Shown here in pieces: positions 40,988-49,590 of a stretch of DNA of 64,000 nucleotides. The DNA comes from Microgenomates group bacterium (lineage in GTDB: Bacteria > Patescibacteriota > Microgenomatia > UBA12405): contig JBAQNJ010000001.1 in assembly GCA_049303675.1 (NCBI GenBank), forward strand, positions 135,494 to 199,493, given 5' to 3'. How positions within the stretch are numbered: the first letter of the stretch is position 1; each line of letters begins with the position of its first letter. The position numbers were made by a program, and so were the translations under genes. Under the pieces are notes generated by a model, which was not told the origin of the DNA, made no database searches, and saw only the letters and a program-made list of their open reading frames with translations.

Positions 40988-41704
40988 TTAACTGTTAACT
41001 GGCTTTGTACTCACCATTGGTGAATCATAATTTAATGAAGATAGTTTTTGGTTGGCCGCCGTGTCTTCGTTATAGATTTTATAAAATAGCTCAATTAACT
41101 CTCTCGTTGTCAGATCTCTTATTTCCAATCCGAGTCGGGAAAACAATCTACTTAAATGATTTTTCTTGGGCTCGAGGGCTGCCTTAGCTTTTTCCAAAAT
41201 ATATTTTTTATCAAAGGGGAGTTCTTTGGATTCTTTTTTAGTGAAATTTGGTATTCCCGAAAACATTTGGGTGGACATACTTTTTATTCCCAGCTCCAAT
41301 ATTGAAAATGGGATAACAATATAAAATGCCTTCGACAAGACGTCGTTTTTCTTTACCGTCTCCTCGATGAACTTTCGATAAGAGGCTATTCTTTCCTTCA
41401 ACAATAGATTGGTTTGTTTTTCTTGAGCGTTTTTTAAATTATTCAAATAAAAAGTTACATCCTTGGTGTTGGAATAAACCACTATTTGTATAGGAAAATT
41501 TAGTGAATTGAGTATTCCCCCATATGAAAAAATCAAGGCTCCCTGTTCTCTTTCTGATAGTAAGTCAAAGTTAACTGAGGATATCTGTAAGATACTCACA
41601 CAAGAACCGTCTTTTAGCAGCACCATTCCATCTACTATGTCTTCAATTGGTAGATGTTCCTGAGTACTGCCTCTTATTGCAATTTTTAATGGGTCAACTG
41701 CCAT
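40988..41704 (-). CDS. T4SS-operon hypothetical protein (238 aa)
   Basis: Lies between the PrgI-like and VirB4 genes. Its C-terminus and stop codon are encoded by a TGTTMAC repeat. Confidence 0.4.
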   Translation of the reverse strand: MAVDPLKIAIRGSTQEHLPIEDIVDGMVLLKDGSCVSILQISSVNFDLLSEREQGALIFSYGGILNSLNFPIQIVVYSNTKDVTFYLNNLKNAQEKQTNLLLKERIASYRKFIEETVKKNDVLSKAFYIVIPFSILELGIKSMSTQMFSGIPNFTKKESKELPFDKKYILEKAKAALEPKKNHLSRLFSRLGLEIRDLTTRELIELFYKIYNEDTAANQKLSSLNYDSPMVSTKPVNS

Positions 41705-41770
41705 AGTTTATTTAACCATATTTCTCTCTCTTTTATTTTTTTTATTTCTGTTAAATTATATTAAATTTTC

Positions 41771-42685
41771 TTAAACTATCGCCATAATCTTTATTGGTTC
41801 TATAGTCTTGCCCATTAGTTCAATTTCCACTTTATCAAATTTCAAGTTTTCCTTTTCAGTAATAATTAAATATTTGCCGTTGGCCAGAGGAGTAGTTGTC
41901 CTAAATTGACCGAGAGAGTTGGTTTTTAGTACCCGACTCGGGTTACCTTTACTATCTTGAATCTCCACAATTGCCCCTTCTACTATCTTACCCTCGGTAT
42001 TTGTCGCCATCCCTACCAGCGTATTAGCTGTCTCCGGTTTGTCAGGCATGGGAATTTCTCCAAACACTACCTTAGCGGTGGCCATGTCTTTTTCAGTTGC
42101 CAGACCCAAATCAGCTTTCTTATTACGCCAATCATCTATTACCACTTCGTTTATTTTTTCTCCAGTTTCTTCACTTTTATTTATTTTTTTGGTGTCCGTC
42201 GCCACCTCTTTTATTTCAGCTCTATTAATTTCCTCACTCTCATTAGCTTTTAATCCAATTTGGACAGTTGGCAGTGAGTCAATAAACTCCCTTACCTTGT
42301 CACGGTCTTTGACAGGTGTTTCTATTTCCTCTTCTGCCTCCAAACTGTGATCTCTCCCCGCCGTTTTACTGTTCATCAGCTCAATCCAGTTTTTATCCGG
42401 CATCTTTTTATAGGTATAAATCGTCGGTGAATATATTGATCTCAAAAATGCAATTAACCACGTTTCCATTGGCCTGTCTTCAAATGGTACAAAAGCCAAC
42501 AGCAACCCGCCTCCACCAAAAATCAACATTAATGGGTACTTTAAGAAAAAAATTAGCCCTGTCGCGTTTATCATTATGGCCAAGATAATTCCTGCCGCCG
42601 CTTTCAAAAATTGTTTTAGGGTCATGTCGCCCACCAGTTTGAATTCGTACGAGCTAATCTGCTGGGGTATCGGATGTTGTTCCAT
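41771..42685 (-). CDS. PrgI/VirB3-like T4SS membrane protein with C-terminal beta-rich domain
   Basis: The N-terminal ISSYEFKLVGDMTLKQFL followed by two TM helices fits the PrgI family. Lies upstream of VirB4. Confidence 0.55.
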   Translation of the reverse strand: MEQHPIPQQISSYEFKLVGDMTLKQFLKAAAGIILAIMINATGLIFFLKYPLMLIFGGGGLLLAFVPFEDRPMETWLIAFLRSIYSPTIYTYKKMPDKNWIELMNSKTAGRDHSLEAEEEIETPVKDRDKVREFIDSLPTVQIGLKANESEEINRAEIKEVATDTKKINKSEETGEKINEVVIDDWRNKKADLGLATEKDMATAKVVFGEIPMPDKPETANTLVGMATNTEGKIVEGAIVEIQDSKGNPSRVLKTNSLGQFRTTTPLANGKYLIITEKENLKFDKVEIELMGKTIEPIKIMAIV

Positions 42686-42738
42686 TACTAAAATTCTATC
42701 CTAATATTCATACTTTATAAACTTTTAACTTTACAAAC

Positions 42739-43692
42739 TTGATAAACTATCACATGTCTCATCTAGTCATCATCGATGGTCACGCTATTGCCCATCGTGC
42801 CTACCACTCTATCCCCCCGCTCTCTGTCAATGGTCAGCCGGTCAATGCCCTCTATGGTTTTTATTCCATGATTCTCAGTGCTCTTGACACTCTCCATCCC
42901 GACTACCTCATTGTTTGTCTTGATTCCGCTGGTCCCAATTTCCGCAATGATGAGTTTGTCGGTTATCGAGCCCAGCGTAAACCAGCGGATTTAGATCTCA
43001 AAACACAGTTACCTCTTCTACCCCAAACTCTTGACTCCGCTGGCATTACCAATTTTGCCATGGGTGGTTTTGAGGCCGATGACCTAATTGGTACCATCGC
43101 GGTTCGATCTCTACGCAAAATTAGAAATAAAGAAAAGTTTATATCTAGAGTTACCATCATCACCGGGGACAAAGACCTCATGCAACTCGTCAACGACAAA
43201 GTTAGTCTTTTTGTCCCAGTCCAAGGATTGTCAGTTACCAAATTGTATGGACCAGACGAAGTCAAAGAAAAGTTAGGTGTCAATCCGTCTCAGGTTGTCG
43301 ATCTCAAAGCCCTAATGGGGGATAGTTCCGACAATTACCCAGGGGTCGAGGGTATCGGCCCTGTCGCCGCCATCAATCTCTTATCCAGCTACCAACATTT
43401 AGATAATATCTATTCAAATTTAGATAAAATAAAACCTACAATTTCTCAAAGACTACTCAAAGATCGCGATAACGCCTATTTATCCCAAAAACTAGCCACT
43501 ATTGTCACCAACATCCCCCTCAAATTCAAGCTATCCACTTCTCGCCTCCGCCGTTCTACCTACTTATCACTTGAAAAATTATTTATAGAGTACAATTTCA
43601 AGTCCTTACTCACTCGTCTCCACTCCAAAAACCCAGACGTTTTCAAAAAAGCAGAGGTCAAGGTAAAATCTACCCAAGCATCTCTATTTTAA
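42739..43692 (+). CDS. 5'-3' exonuclease (stand-alone Pol I N-terminal/FEN-like domain)
   Basis: LVIIDGHAIAHRAYHS, GFEADDLIGT and the H3TH region (DNYPGVEGIGPVAA). Confidence 0.85.
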   Translation: MINYHMSHLVIIDGHAIAHRAYHSIPPLSVNGQPVNALYGFYSMILSALDTLHPDYLIVCLDSAGPNFRNDEFVGYRAQRKPADLDLKTQLPLLPQTLDSAGITNFAMGGFEADDLIGTIAVRSLRKIRNKEKFISRVTIITGDKDLMQLVNDKVSLFVPVQGLSVTKLYGPDEVKEKLGVNPSQVVDLKALMGDSSDNYPGVEGIGPVAAINLLSSYQHLDNIYSNLDKIKPTISQRLLKDRDNAYLSQKLATIVTNIPLKFKLSTSRLRRSTYLSLEKLFIEYNFKSLLTRLHSKNPDVFKKAEVKVKSTQASLF

Positions 43693-43819
43693 AATTTAAA
43701 ATTTAAAATTTATTAAAAATTTAAAATTAAAAATTAAAAATACACCAAAGATAGCTCTCGTTCACGACTATCTCAACGAATTTGGCGGTGCCGAAAGAGT
43801 TCTCTCCGCCCTGTCAGAT

Positions 43820-44845
43820 ATGTATCCGGATGCTCCTATCTATACTGCTTTTTACAAAAAGGGCTCCTCTGCCTACGAACACTTTAAGCATCACCAAATC
43901 ATTCCCTCATGGGTGCACTACATCCCCTTTTTTAGTAGCAAGCTCCACAGCCCCTTTCGCTTTCTTACCCCGCTTATTTGGGGTAGTTTTGACTTCTCAG
44001 AGTACGACATTATTATTGGTTCCGCCAGTTGGTACATTACCAAAGGTTTCAGAAAAGGACCCCAAACCAAGGAAATTTGTTATTGTCACACGCCCCCCCG
44101 TTGGCTTTATGGCTTCAAAACCTCAGTTGGATTTCAAAAATATTGGATAGTCAAGGTTTATGCCGCTATCGTCGGCCATTTTATGAGATTGTATGATTTT
44201 TCTCAAGCTCAAAAAGTCGATGTTTTTGTCGCCAATTCCCAAAACGTCGCTGCTCGTATTCGCAAATTTTATCGTCGCGATTCGGTCGTTATCTATCCAC
44301 CTGTTAGTTTACCTACTTACCCCAAGGTCTCTAGGGAAGACTACTACCTCATTACTTCCCGTATTGTCGGCGCCAAGGGATTGGATCTAGCCGTCAATGC
44401 CGCTCTCAAATTACATCTAAAACTAAAAATAATTGGTGAGCCTGCTGGATACTACACTGAGTATCAGCAACTAAAAAAAATTGCCGGCAACAAAATAGAA
44501 TTTTTGGGTCGCCTCTCCGATGACGACCGGAATCTTTGTTATGCCAAGGCCAAGGCCTTCATGGCACTATCAACCGACGAAGATTTTGGCATTACCCCAG
44601 TTGAAGCCATGCATTTTGGCACTCCGGTAATTGCCTTTCGTGGCGGTGGCTATCTTGAATCTGTAGTTGAAGACAAAACCGGAGTATTCTTTGATGAACC
44701 TACTGTCGATTCCTTAGTCGCTGCCATCAAACGATTTGAAAAACTCAAATTAAATCCTCTTAATTGTGTCAACCAAGCCAAAAAATTTAGCCAAGATATT
44801 TTTATTCAGAAAATCACCGCTCTCGTCAATTCCCAGACCAAATAA
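43820..44845 (+). CDS. GT4-family glycosyltransferase (N-terminus probably starts upstream, near 43745)
   Basis: The C-terminal GT4 region contains EDFGITPVEAMHFGTPVIAFRGGG. The conserved N-terminus KIALVHDYLNEFGGAERV lies in-frame upstream of the first ATG with no canonical start codon. Confidence 0.7.
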   Translation: MYPDAPIYTAFYKKGSSAYEHFKHHQIIPSWVHYIPFFSSKLHSPFRFLTPLIWGSFDFSEYDIIIGSASWYITKGFRKGPQTKEICYCHTPPRWLYGFKTSVGFQKYWIVKVYAAIVGHFMRLYDFSQAQKVDVFVANSQNVAARIRKFYRRDSVVIYPPVSLPTYPKVSREDYYLITSRIVGAKGLDLAVNAALKLHLKLKIIGEPAGYYTEYQQLKKIAGNKIEFLGRLSDDDRNLCYAKAKAFMALSTDEDFGITPVEAMHFGTPVIAFRGGGYLESVVEDKTGVFFDEPTVDSLVAAIKRFEKLKLNPLNCVNQAKKFSQDIFIQKITALVNSQTK

Positions 44846-44857
44846 CTTTGTTTAGTT

Positions 44858-45067
44858 TTATTCCAACGGATATCTTTGAGCAAACACAGCATGGATTGTT
44901 GGGTCTTTTGCTGCCTCTTCTCTTCTTGTTTCTATTTCCTTGGTCCACTCAACTTGTTTCTGTTCAGCACTTTTATCACCATTTGCCATCGCTAGTTCTG
45001 GCATCATTAGCCCACCAGTTAATTCATTTGCTTCAGGAAGTCGCATTGTTTTAAATGACATTATCAT
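44858..45067 (-). CDS. hypothetical small protein
   Basis: ORF only. Confidence 0.25.
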   Translation of the reverse strand: MIMSFKTMRLPEANELTGGLMMPELAMANGDKSAEQKQVEWTKEIETRREEAAKDPTIHAVFAQRYPLE

Positions 45068-45095
45068 ACTATATCACACTTTTTGTCACCCTCCT

Positions 45096-45533
45096 TCATT
45101 TGCTTAATCTTTTCCACACTTCATTCAAAGTCTTATCTAAGGTAATTAGTTCCATCTTGTTTTTTAAACAATAGTCAAGAAGTATTGCGTCAACCATTCC
45201 AATATTCGCGTACTTTTCAAAATATTTTTCTGACGATTCCGAGACCAACCCCATATTATTATCTGTCAAAAAATTCGACAGAATTGTTTTTTTTGATTCA
45301 ATTGCCAACTTCACACCACCTTTATATTTTAAAATACTCAAAGTTTCAATTAATACCAATGGATGAACATAAATGCCAAAACCCCCTTTCCCCAGCTTCC
45401 TAAATATCTCAAGCGCCTTATGTTCCAATCTGTCATCAGGTAAAAATACACCTACCAGCACATTACTATCTATCGCTTTTTGAGAATACTTTTCCATTTC
45501 TATCTGCTCCATATAAAATTCTATCAATTTCAT
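45096..45533 (-). CDS. PIN-domain toxin (VapC-like)
   Basis: IDSNVLV acidic N-terminal motif plus a later D. The real start is probably an internal Met, because the track ORF overlaps the antitoxin gene. Confidence 0.6.
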   Translation of the reverse strand: MKLIEFYMEQIEMEKYSQKAIDSNVLVGVFLPDDRLEHKALEIFRKLGKGGFGIYVHPLVLIETLSILKYKGGVKLAIESKKTILSNFLTDNNMGLVSESSEKYFEKYANIGMVDAILLDYCLKNKMELITLDKTLNEVWKRLSK

Positions 45534-45780
45534 TATTTAATTCCTCTCCAGTAGTTGCCCTAGTTCTAACTATCCCAATCCTCTCCTTAATCAATTTCAC
45601 ATCGGCTAAGAAATCAGCCACGCCATTCGCGCTTTTTTTCGTCAATGACTTTGGATGTTGTGAAAATCTAGCCAAATATTTACTGCCTTTTTTTATGTCA
45701 ATGGTGTGACCCATTTTCAATTTCCCCAAAAACATCGCCATGTTTTTCCTAAAATCTGATACCTGTACTGTAATAGTCAT
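45466..45780 (-). CDS. Phd/YefM-like antitoxin
   Basis: N-terminus TITVQVSDFRKNMAMFLGKL, immediately upstream of the PIN gene. Confidence 0.5.
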   Translation of the reverse strand: MTITVQVSDFRKNMAMFLGKLKMGHTIDIKKGSKYLARFSQHPKSLTKKSANGVADFLADVKLIKERIGIVRTRATTGEELNNEIDRILYGADRNGKVFSKSDR

Positions 45781-45798
45781 TTGTACAAAAATTCTAAA

Positions 45799-46293
45799 CT
45801 ATTTTGTACATTTTGTCAATATCTTTAAGAACTCATTTCTGTTCAGATTAATCAATCTCCCATCTCTGCCTACTTCAGTTTCGGTAATCTCTACTCCCGC
45901 CCATTCTGGAGGTACAAATTTTATGGAGTCTTCTTCATATTCAAACTCAAACTCAGCTCGAATCAGACCATCGTAGTCTCCACCATAAACTTTTATTGAT
46001 ATTTCCGGATATCGTTGCAATACATACGATTTTCTCACCAAACTCCTAATTGACTTAGCTTTTAATCTTTCAAATTCAATCTTTGTAATCTCTTTGATAG
46101 TTTTATTTGCTGCAAACAGCTCACTGCCTGACTTTTCTTCATAAATACATTTGCCACTTATTTTAGTTATTCTTTTCTCAATTTCACCCAGCTCCAAAAA
46201 ATATCTCTCTTGGTTTTCGACTTTTACACCAGTTAAGTCAGGCATCACTTTTACCAAATACTTCCTCTCAATTTCTTTTAAATTATGTTTCAT
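45799..46293 (-). CDS. CYTH-domain protein (triphosphatase / class IV adenylate cyclase-like)
   Basis: N-terminal EIERKYLV signature of CYTH. Confidence 0.7.
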   Translation of the reverse strand: MKHNLKEIERKYLVKVMPDLTGVKVENQERYFLELGEIEKRITKISGKCIYEEKSGSELFAANKTIKEITKIEFERLKAKSIRSLVRKSYVLQRYPEISIKVYGGDYDGLIRAEFEFEYEEDSIKFVPPEWAGVEITETEVGRDGRLINLNRNEFLKILTKCTK

Positions 46294-46322
46294 TCTAGTT
46301 TCTAGAATCCAGTTTCAAGTTT

Positions 46323-47303
46323 CTATTTTTCCCCTATCCACCTCTCGGCATCAATTCCAGCTCTACAGCCATCACCAGCGGCCGCAATCGCCTGTCGGTA
46401 GATATCATCGACATTATCTCCCGCGGCAAAAATTCCCTCAACTGATGTCATTGTCCGATATTTTTCATTTTTCCCCACTACTACATGTCCACTTTCTTTT
46501 AACTCCACCACATCTTTTACAAATCCCGTCGCCGGATCATGCCCCACCGCCACAAACAATCCATCCACCGCCATTATTTTCTCCTCCCCAGTCTTGTTAT
46601 TTTTTATCTTAATATTTTCCAGTTTCTCGCCTGTGCCCATTTGGGTATTTCTAGTTTCCAGTTTCGAATTTATTTCCACCACTTCCGAGTCCCACACTAT
46701 TTCCATCTTCGGATTCCCTTTTATTTTATTAGCCGTATCTTCTAGCATTCTAAATTTATCTCGCCGATGAATCACGTACACTTTTGTGGCAAATTTAGCC
46801 AAAAACAGTGCATCTTCTCCGGCCACATCTCCTCCACCCACTACGGCTACTATTTTATCTCGGAAAAACATCCCATCGCAGGTCGCACACGCCGACACTC
46901 CCTTACCGATTAGCTCTTTTTCGTTTGGTAATCCCAGCCACCTCGCCTTTGCTCCCGTGGCAATTATTACTGCCTTTGTTTTGAGCGTTTCCCCACTATC
47001 TAGTTCTACTTCAATAATTCGTAATTCGTAATTTTTAATTCGTAATTGTTTTACTATCCCATTTCTTATCTCTACCCCCAAATTCCTCACCTGTGCCTGC
47101 ATGTCCATCATTAGTTTAATTCCCCCTATTCCATTGGCAAATCCGGGGTAGTTGTCGACTACTGTGGTCAATGTCAGTTGACCCCCAGGCTGGTCCCCGC
47201 CCAGTACAATTGTTTTCAGATTAGCCCGTATGTTGTATATTGCCGCCGTCAACCCCGCAGGTCCCGACCCGATAATCACTGTGTCATAAACATTTTCATT
47301 CAT
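46323..47303 (-). CDS. trxB: thioredoxin reductase
   Basis: GSGPAGLTAAIY FAD site, redox CATCDG and NADPH GGGDVAGEDA. Carries in-frame insertions IKNYELRII and SKLETRNTQ. Confidence 0.9.
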   Translation of the reverse strand: MNENVYDTVIIGSGPAGLTAAIYNIRANLKTIVLGGDQPGGQLTLTTVVDNYPGFANGIGGIKLMMDMQAQVRNLGVEIRNGIVKQLRIKNYELRIIEVELDSGETLKTKAVIIATGAKARWLGLPNEKELIGKGVSACATCDGMFFRDKIVAVVGGGDVAGEDALFLAKFATKVYVIHRRDKFRMLEDTANKIKGNPKMEIVWDSEVVEINSKLETRNTQMGTGEKLENIKIKNNKTGEEKIMAVDGLFVAVGHDPATGFVKDVVELKESGHVVVGKNEKYRTMTSVEGIFAAGDNVDDIYRQAIAAAGDGCRAGIDAERWIGEK

Positions 47304-47354
47304 ATCTCTATTTTACTTTATAACTTTCTACTTTATAACTTGATAAACTTATTT

Positions 47355-48275
47355 ATGCAGCCTCGCACTCAAAAAGTTTTACTCTTTATTATCAAGATAA
47401 TTAAAAACAAGAGTGCTTTTTTCTTTTGGCTCTTTATCCGCTTTATCTCAGCCTTTCTCCCTTTAATTACCATTTTTCAGTTCTCGCAAGTCGTCAAATC
47501 TCTCGAACAAAAAAATAGTTTGGAAACAGTTTTTGTTTCTATATTTTGGTTATTTATTATCCGAATTCTCGACAATTACCTTCGCCTAATTTCTATTGCT
47601 CGTCTCGATCATGCCATTAGTGATATTGCTTTTGATATTCATAATTATCTTTTAGCCGATTTTAAATCAGAATCAAAGATAGAACGTCATCAGTCCATCC
47701 AAGCAGTTCGCAACTTTACCGATGCCTCCACCATGACCCTAAGTTTAATTAGACAACCAGGCATCGATAGCTTAGTCTCTCTTATCTTTATTCCTGTCGC
47801 CCTCTTTTTTCTTGACATTCGAGTCTTTATCCTCGCTCTCGCCTACAATCTCATTTATCTTTTTATTGATCATTACACTACTCAGCATTATGCCTATCTC
47901 AAGGACATTCTCAATACCAAAACCGAAAATTACTATGCCAAATTACAAGAAAGCAATGACTACGATCTCGAACAGTCTTCCTATTCTCGTCACTTCAATC
48001 GGCTCAGTCGTTGGGGCTTTGTCGAGTGGTTTACTCTCCAAAATACTGCCGTCATTTTTTATACCCTCATTTTGTTATTTCTCATTCCCGAGGTTATTGC
48101 CGGCCAGAGAGACCTATCCGGAGTTGTCCTTATCATGGGTTATGTTGCCCAGACCCAAGTTTTACTCAATTCAATTTCTAGTATCAAGGATAGTCTCACC
48201 GACATGCTGGTCGGTCTCGAGCATTTGGCCAAGAACCAATCCGTCGCTGCCATCAACTTTGACGATCTAGTTTAG
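47355..48275 (+). CDS. polytopic membrane protein (ABC-exporter TMD-like, no ATPase domain)
   Basis: Start placed at ATG 47355 (MQPRTQKVLLFIIKII...), just after an AACTTTATR repeat promoter region. The track ORF start at 47178 would overlap trxB. Confidence 0.5.
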   Translation: MQPRTQKVLLFIIKIIKNKSAFFFWLFIRFISAFLPLITIFQFSQVVKSLEQKNSLETVFVSIFWLFIIRILDNYLRLISIARLDHAISDIAFDIHNYLLADFKSESKIERHQSIQAVRNFTDASTMTLSLIRQPGIDSLVSLIFIPVALFFLDIRVFILALAYNLIYLFIDHYTTQHYAYLKDILNTKTENYYAKLQESNDYDLEQSSYSRHFNRLSRWGFVEWFTLQNTAVIFYTLILLFLIPEVIAGQRDLSGVVLIMGYVAQTQVLLNSISSIKDSLTDMLVGLEHLAKNQSVAAINFDDLV

Positions 48276-48555
48276 TAAAATCTCCTCTTCTCAAAAAAAT
48301 AAAACTCACTTCTGGTATCGAGTTGTCACTCATTAGAATTACCGTAGTCATATTTCCCTCTGCCCAATATCTTCTCTTAGGTATCATCACCTCTTGCTTG
48401 GCTCTACATATTACCGCCTGAATGTTTTCGCTTTCATCAATTAAGCTTACTCTCGCCCCCCACTCGTCATTACACTCCACCATCAAGTTAGGTACCATTT
48501 CCTTCGTTTTTAATTCCCCCTCGTCCTTTACCTCTCCCTTCGCATTCACCACCAT
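48253..48555 (-). CDS. hypothetical protein within a segment flanked by 19-bp direct repeats
   Basis: ORF only. The enclosing 48272-48601 segment is bracketed by TCAACTTTGACGATYTAGT. Confidence 0.3.
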   Translation of the reverse strand: MVVNAKGEVKDEGELKTKEMVPNLMVECNDEWGARVSLIDESENIQAVICRAKQEVMIPKRRYWAEGNMTTVILMSDNSIPEVSFIFLRRGDFTKLDRQS

Positions 48556-48635
48556 TTTTCTATACTGCCACTCTTCTGCCGTAGCCTAATATATCACAGC
48601 CTCAACTTTGACGATTTAGTATAATAAGTGTTGTC

Positions 48636-48693
48636 TGATAACTGTTCACTGTTCACTGTTCACTGTTAACTGTTAACTGTTAACTAACTAATG
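48636..48693. repeat. TGTTMAC heptamer tandem array (family R4) upstream of mutM
   Basis: ctgataactgttcactgttcactgttcactgttaactgttaactgttaactaactaATG. Related arrays at 33781-33820, 34030-34062 and 40967-41003. Confidence 0.8.
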
Positions 48694-49590
48694 CCCGAGC
48701 TCCCCGAAGTCGAAGTCGTCAAATTATTTTTAGAGGATAAATTACTTGGTCAAAAAATAACCAAAATTGATATCTTAAATTCCAAATCCTTCATTGGTAA
48801 TCCTGAGCAGGTCGTTGGACAGAAAATAATCAAGTTTTCCCGTATTGGCAAACAACTCTCAGTTCACCTTAGTAATGGCAAAATACTGCTAGTTCATCTC
48901 AAAATGACCGGCCAATTGATTCTAATCCCCCTTTCCTCAAAGGGGGTGCCCGAAGGGCAGGGGATTTTGATGGGACATCCAACTAAAATCGATTCTATGC
49001 CCAATAAATCCACCCGTCTAGTATTCCATTTTAGCCCCCCTTCCTCAAGGGGGGTCCCGCAGCCGCGGGAGGGGGTTTTATTTTTCAACGATCAACGCAA
49101 ATTCGGTTGGGTCCAAGTTTTTGACAAAAGTTCGCTAAATATGTTTCAGGAAGATCTAGGTCATGACATTTTTGACCCTCTCTTTACCCCCGAATATCTC
49201 TATACCCAGCTTCAGCGGTCAAGTCGTGCTGTCAAATTAATCCTCCTCGATCAACATTTTTTCGCTGGTATCGGTAACATCTATGCCAACGATGCCCTTT
49301 TCTTATCCAAAGTTCACCCCTCAACCCCAGCCCACAAAATCACCCCAACTCAATCTCACAGCATTCACAAAAATATGATTTTAATCATGCGTCAGTCAGT
49401 TCTAGCTGGTGGCTCGACCATGAAGGACAATCTCTATATCCGTCCTGATGGCTCCACTGGTGCCAATCAATTTCACTTTCAAGTTTATGGACGAGCAGGG
49501 GAGCCTTGCCTTGTCTGCCAAACCAAAATCAAACGTATTGTCATTGGTGGCCGCGGCACTTTTTTCTGCCCCCACTGTCAAACTCCATAA
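48691..49590 (+). CDS. mutM: formamidopyrimidine-DNA glycosylase (Fpg/MutM) with two in-frame GC-rich hairpin insertions
   Basis: N-terminal MPELPEVEVV and C-terminal zinc finger CLVCQTKIKRIVIGGRGTFFCPHCQ. Insertions at 48924-48970 and 49036-49085. Confidence 0.9.
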   Translation: MPELPEVEVVKLFLEDKLLGQKITKIDILNSKSFIGNPEQVVGQKIIKFSRIGKQLSVHLSNGKILLVHLKMTGQLILIPLSSKGVPEGQGILMGHPTKIDSMPNKSTRLVFHFSPPSSRGVPQPREGVLFFNDQRKFGWVQVFDKSSLNMFQEDLGHDIFDPLFTPEYLYTQLQRSSRAVKLILLDQHFFAGIGNIYANDALFLSKVHPSTPAHKITPTQSHSIHKNMILIMRQSVLAGGSTMKDNLYIRPDGSTGANQFHFQVYGRAGEPCLVCQTKIKRIVIGGRGTFFCPHCQTP

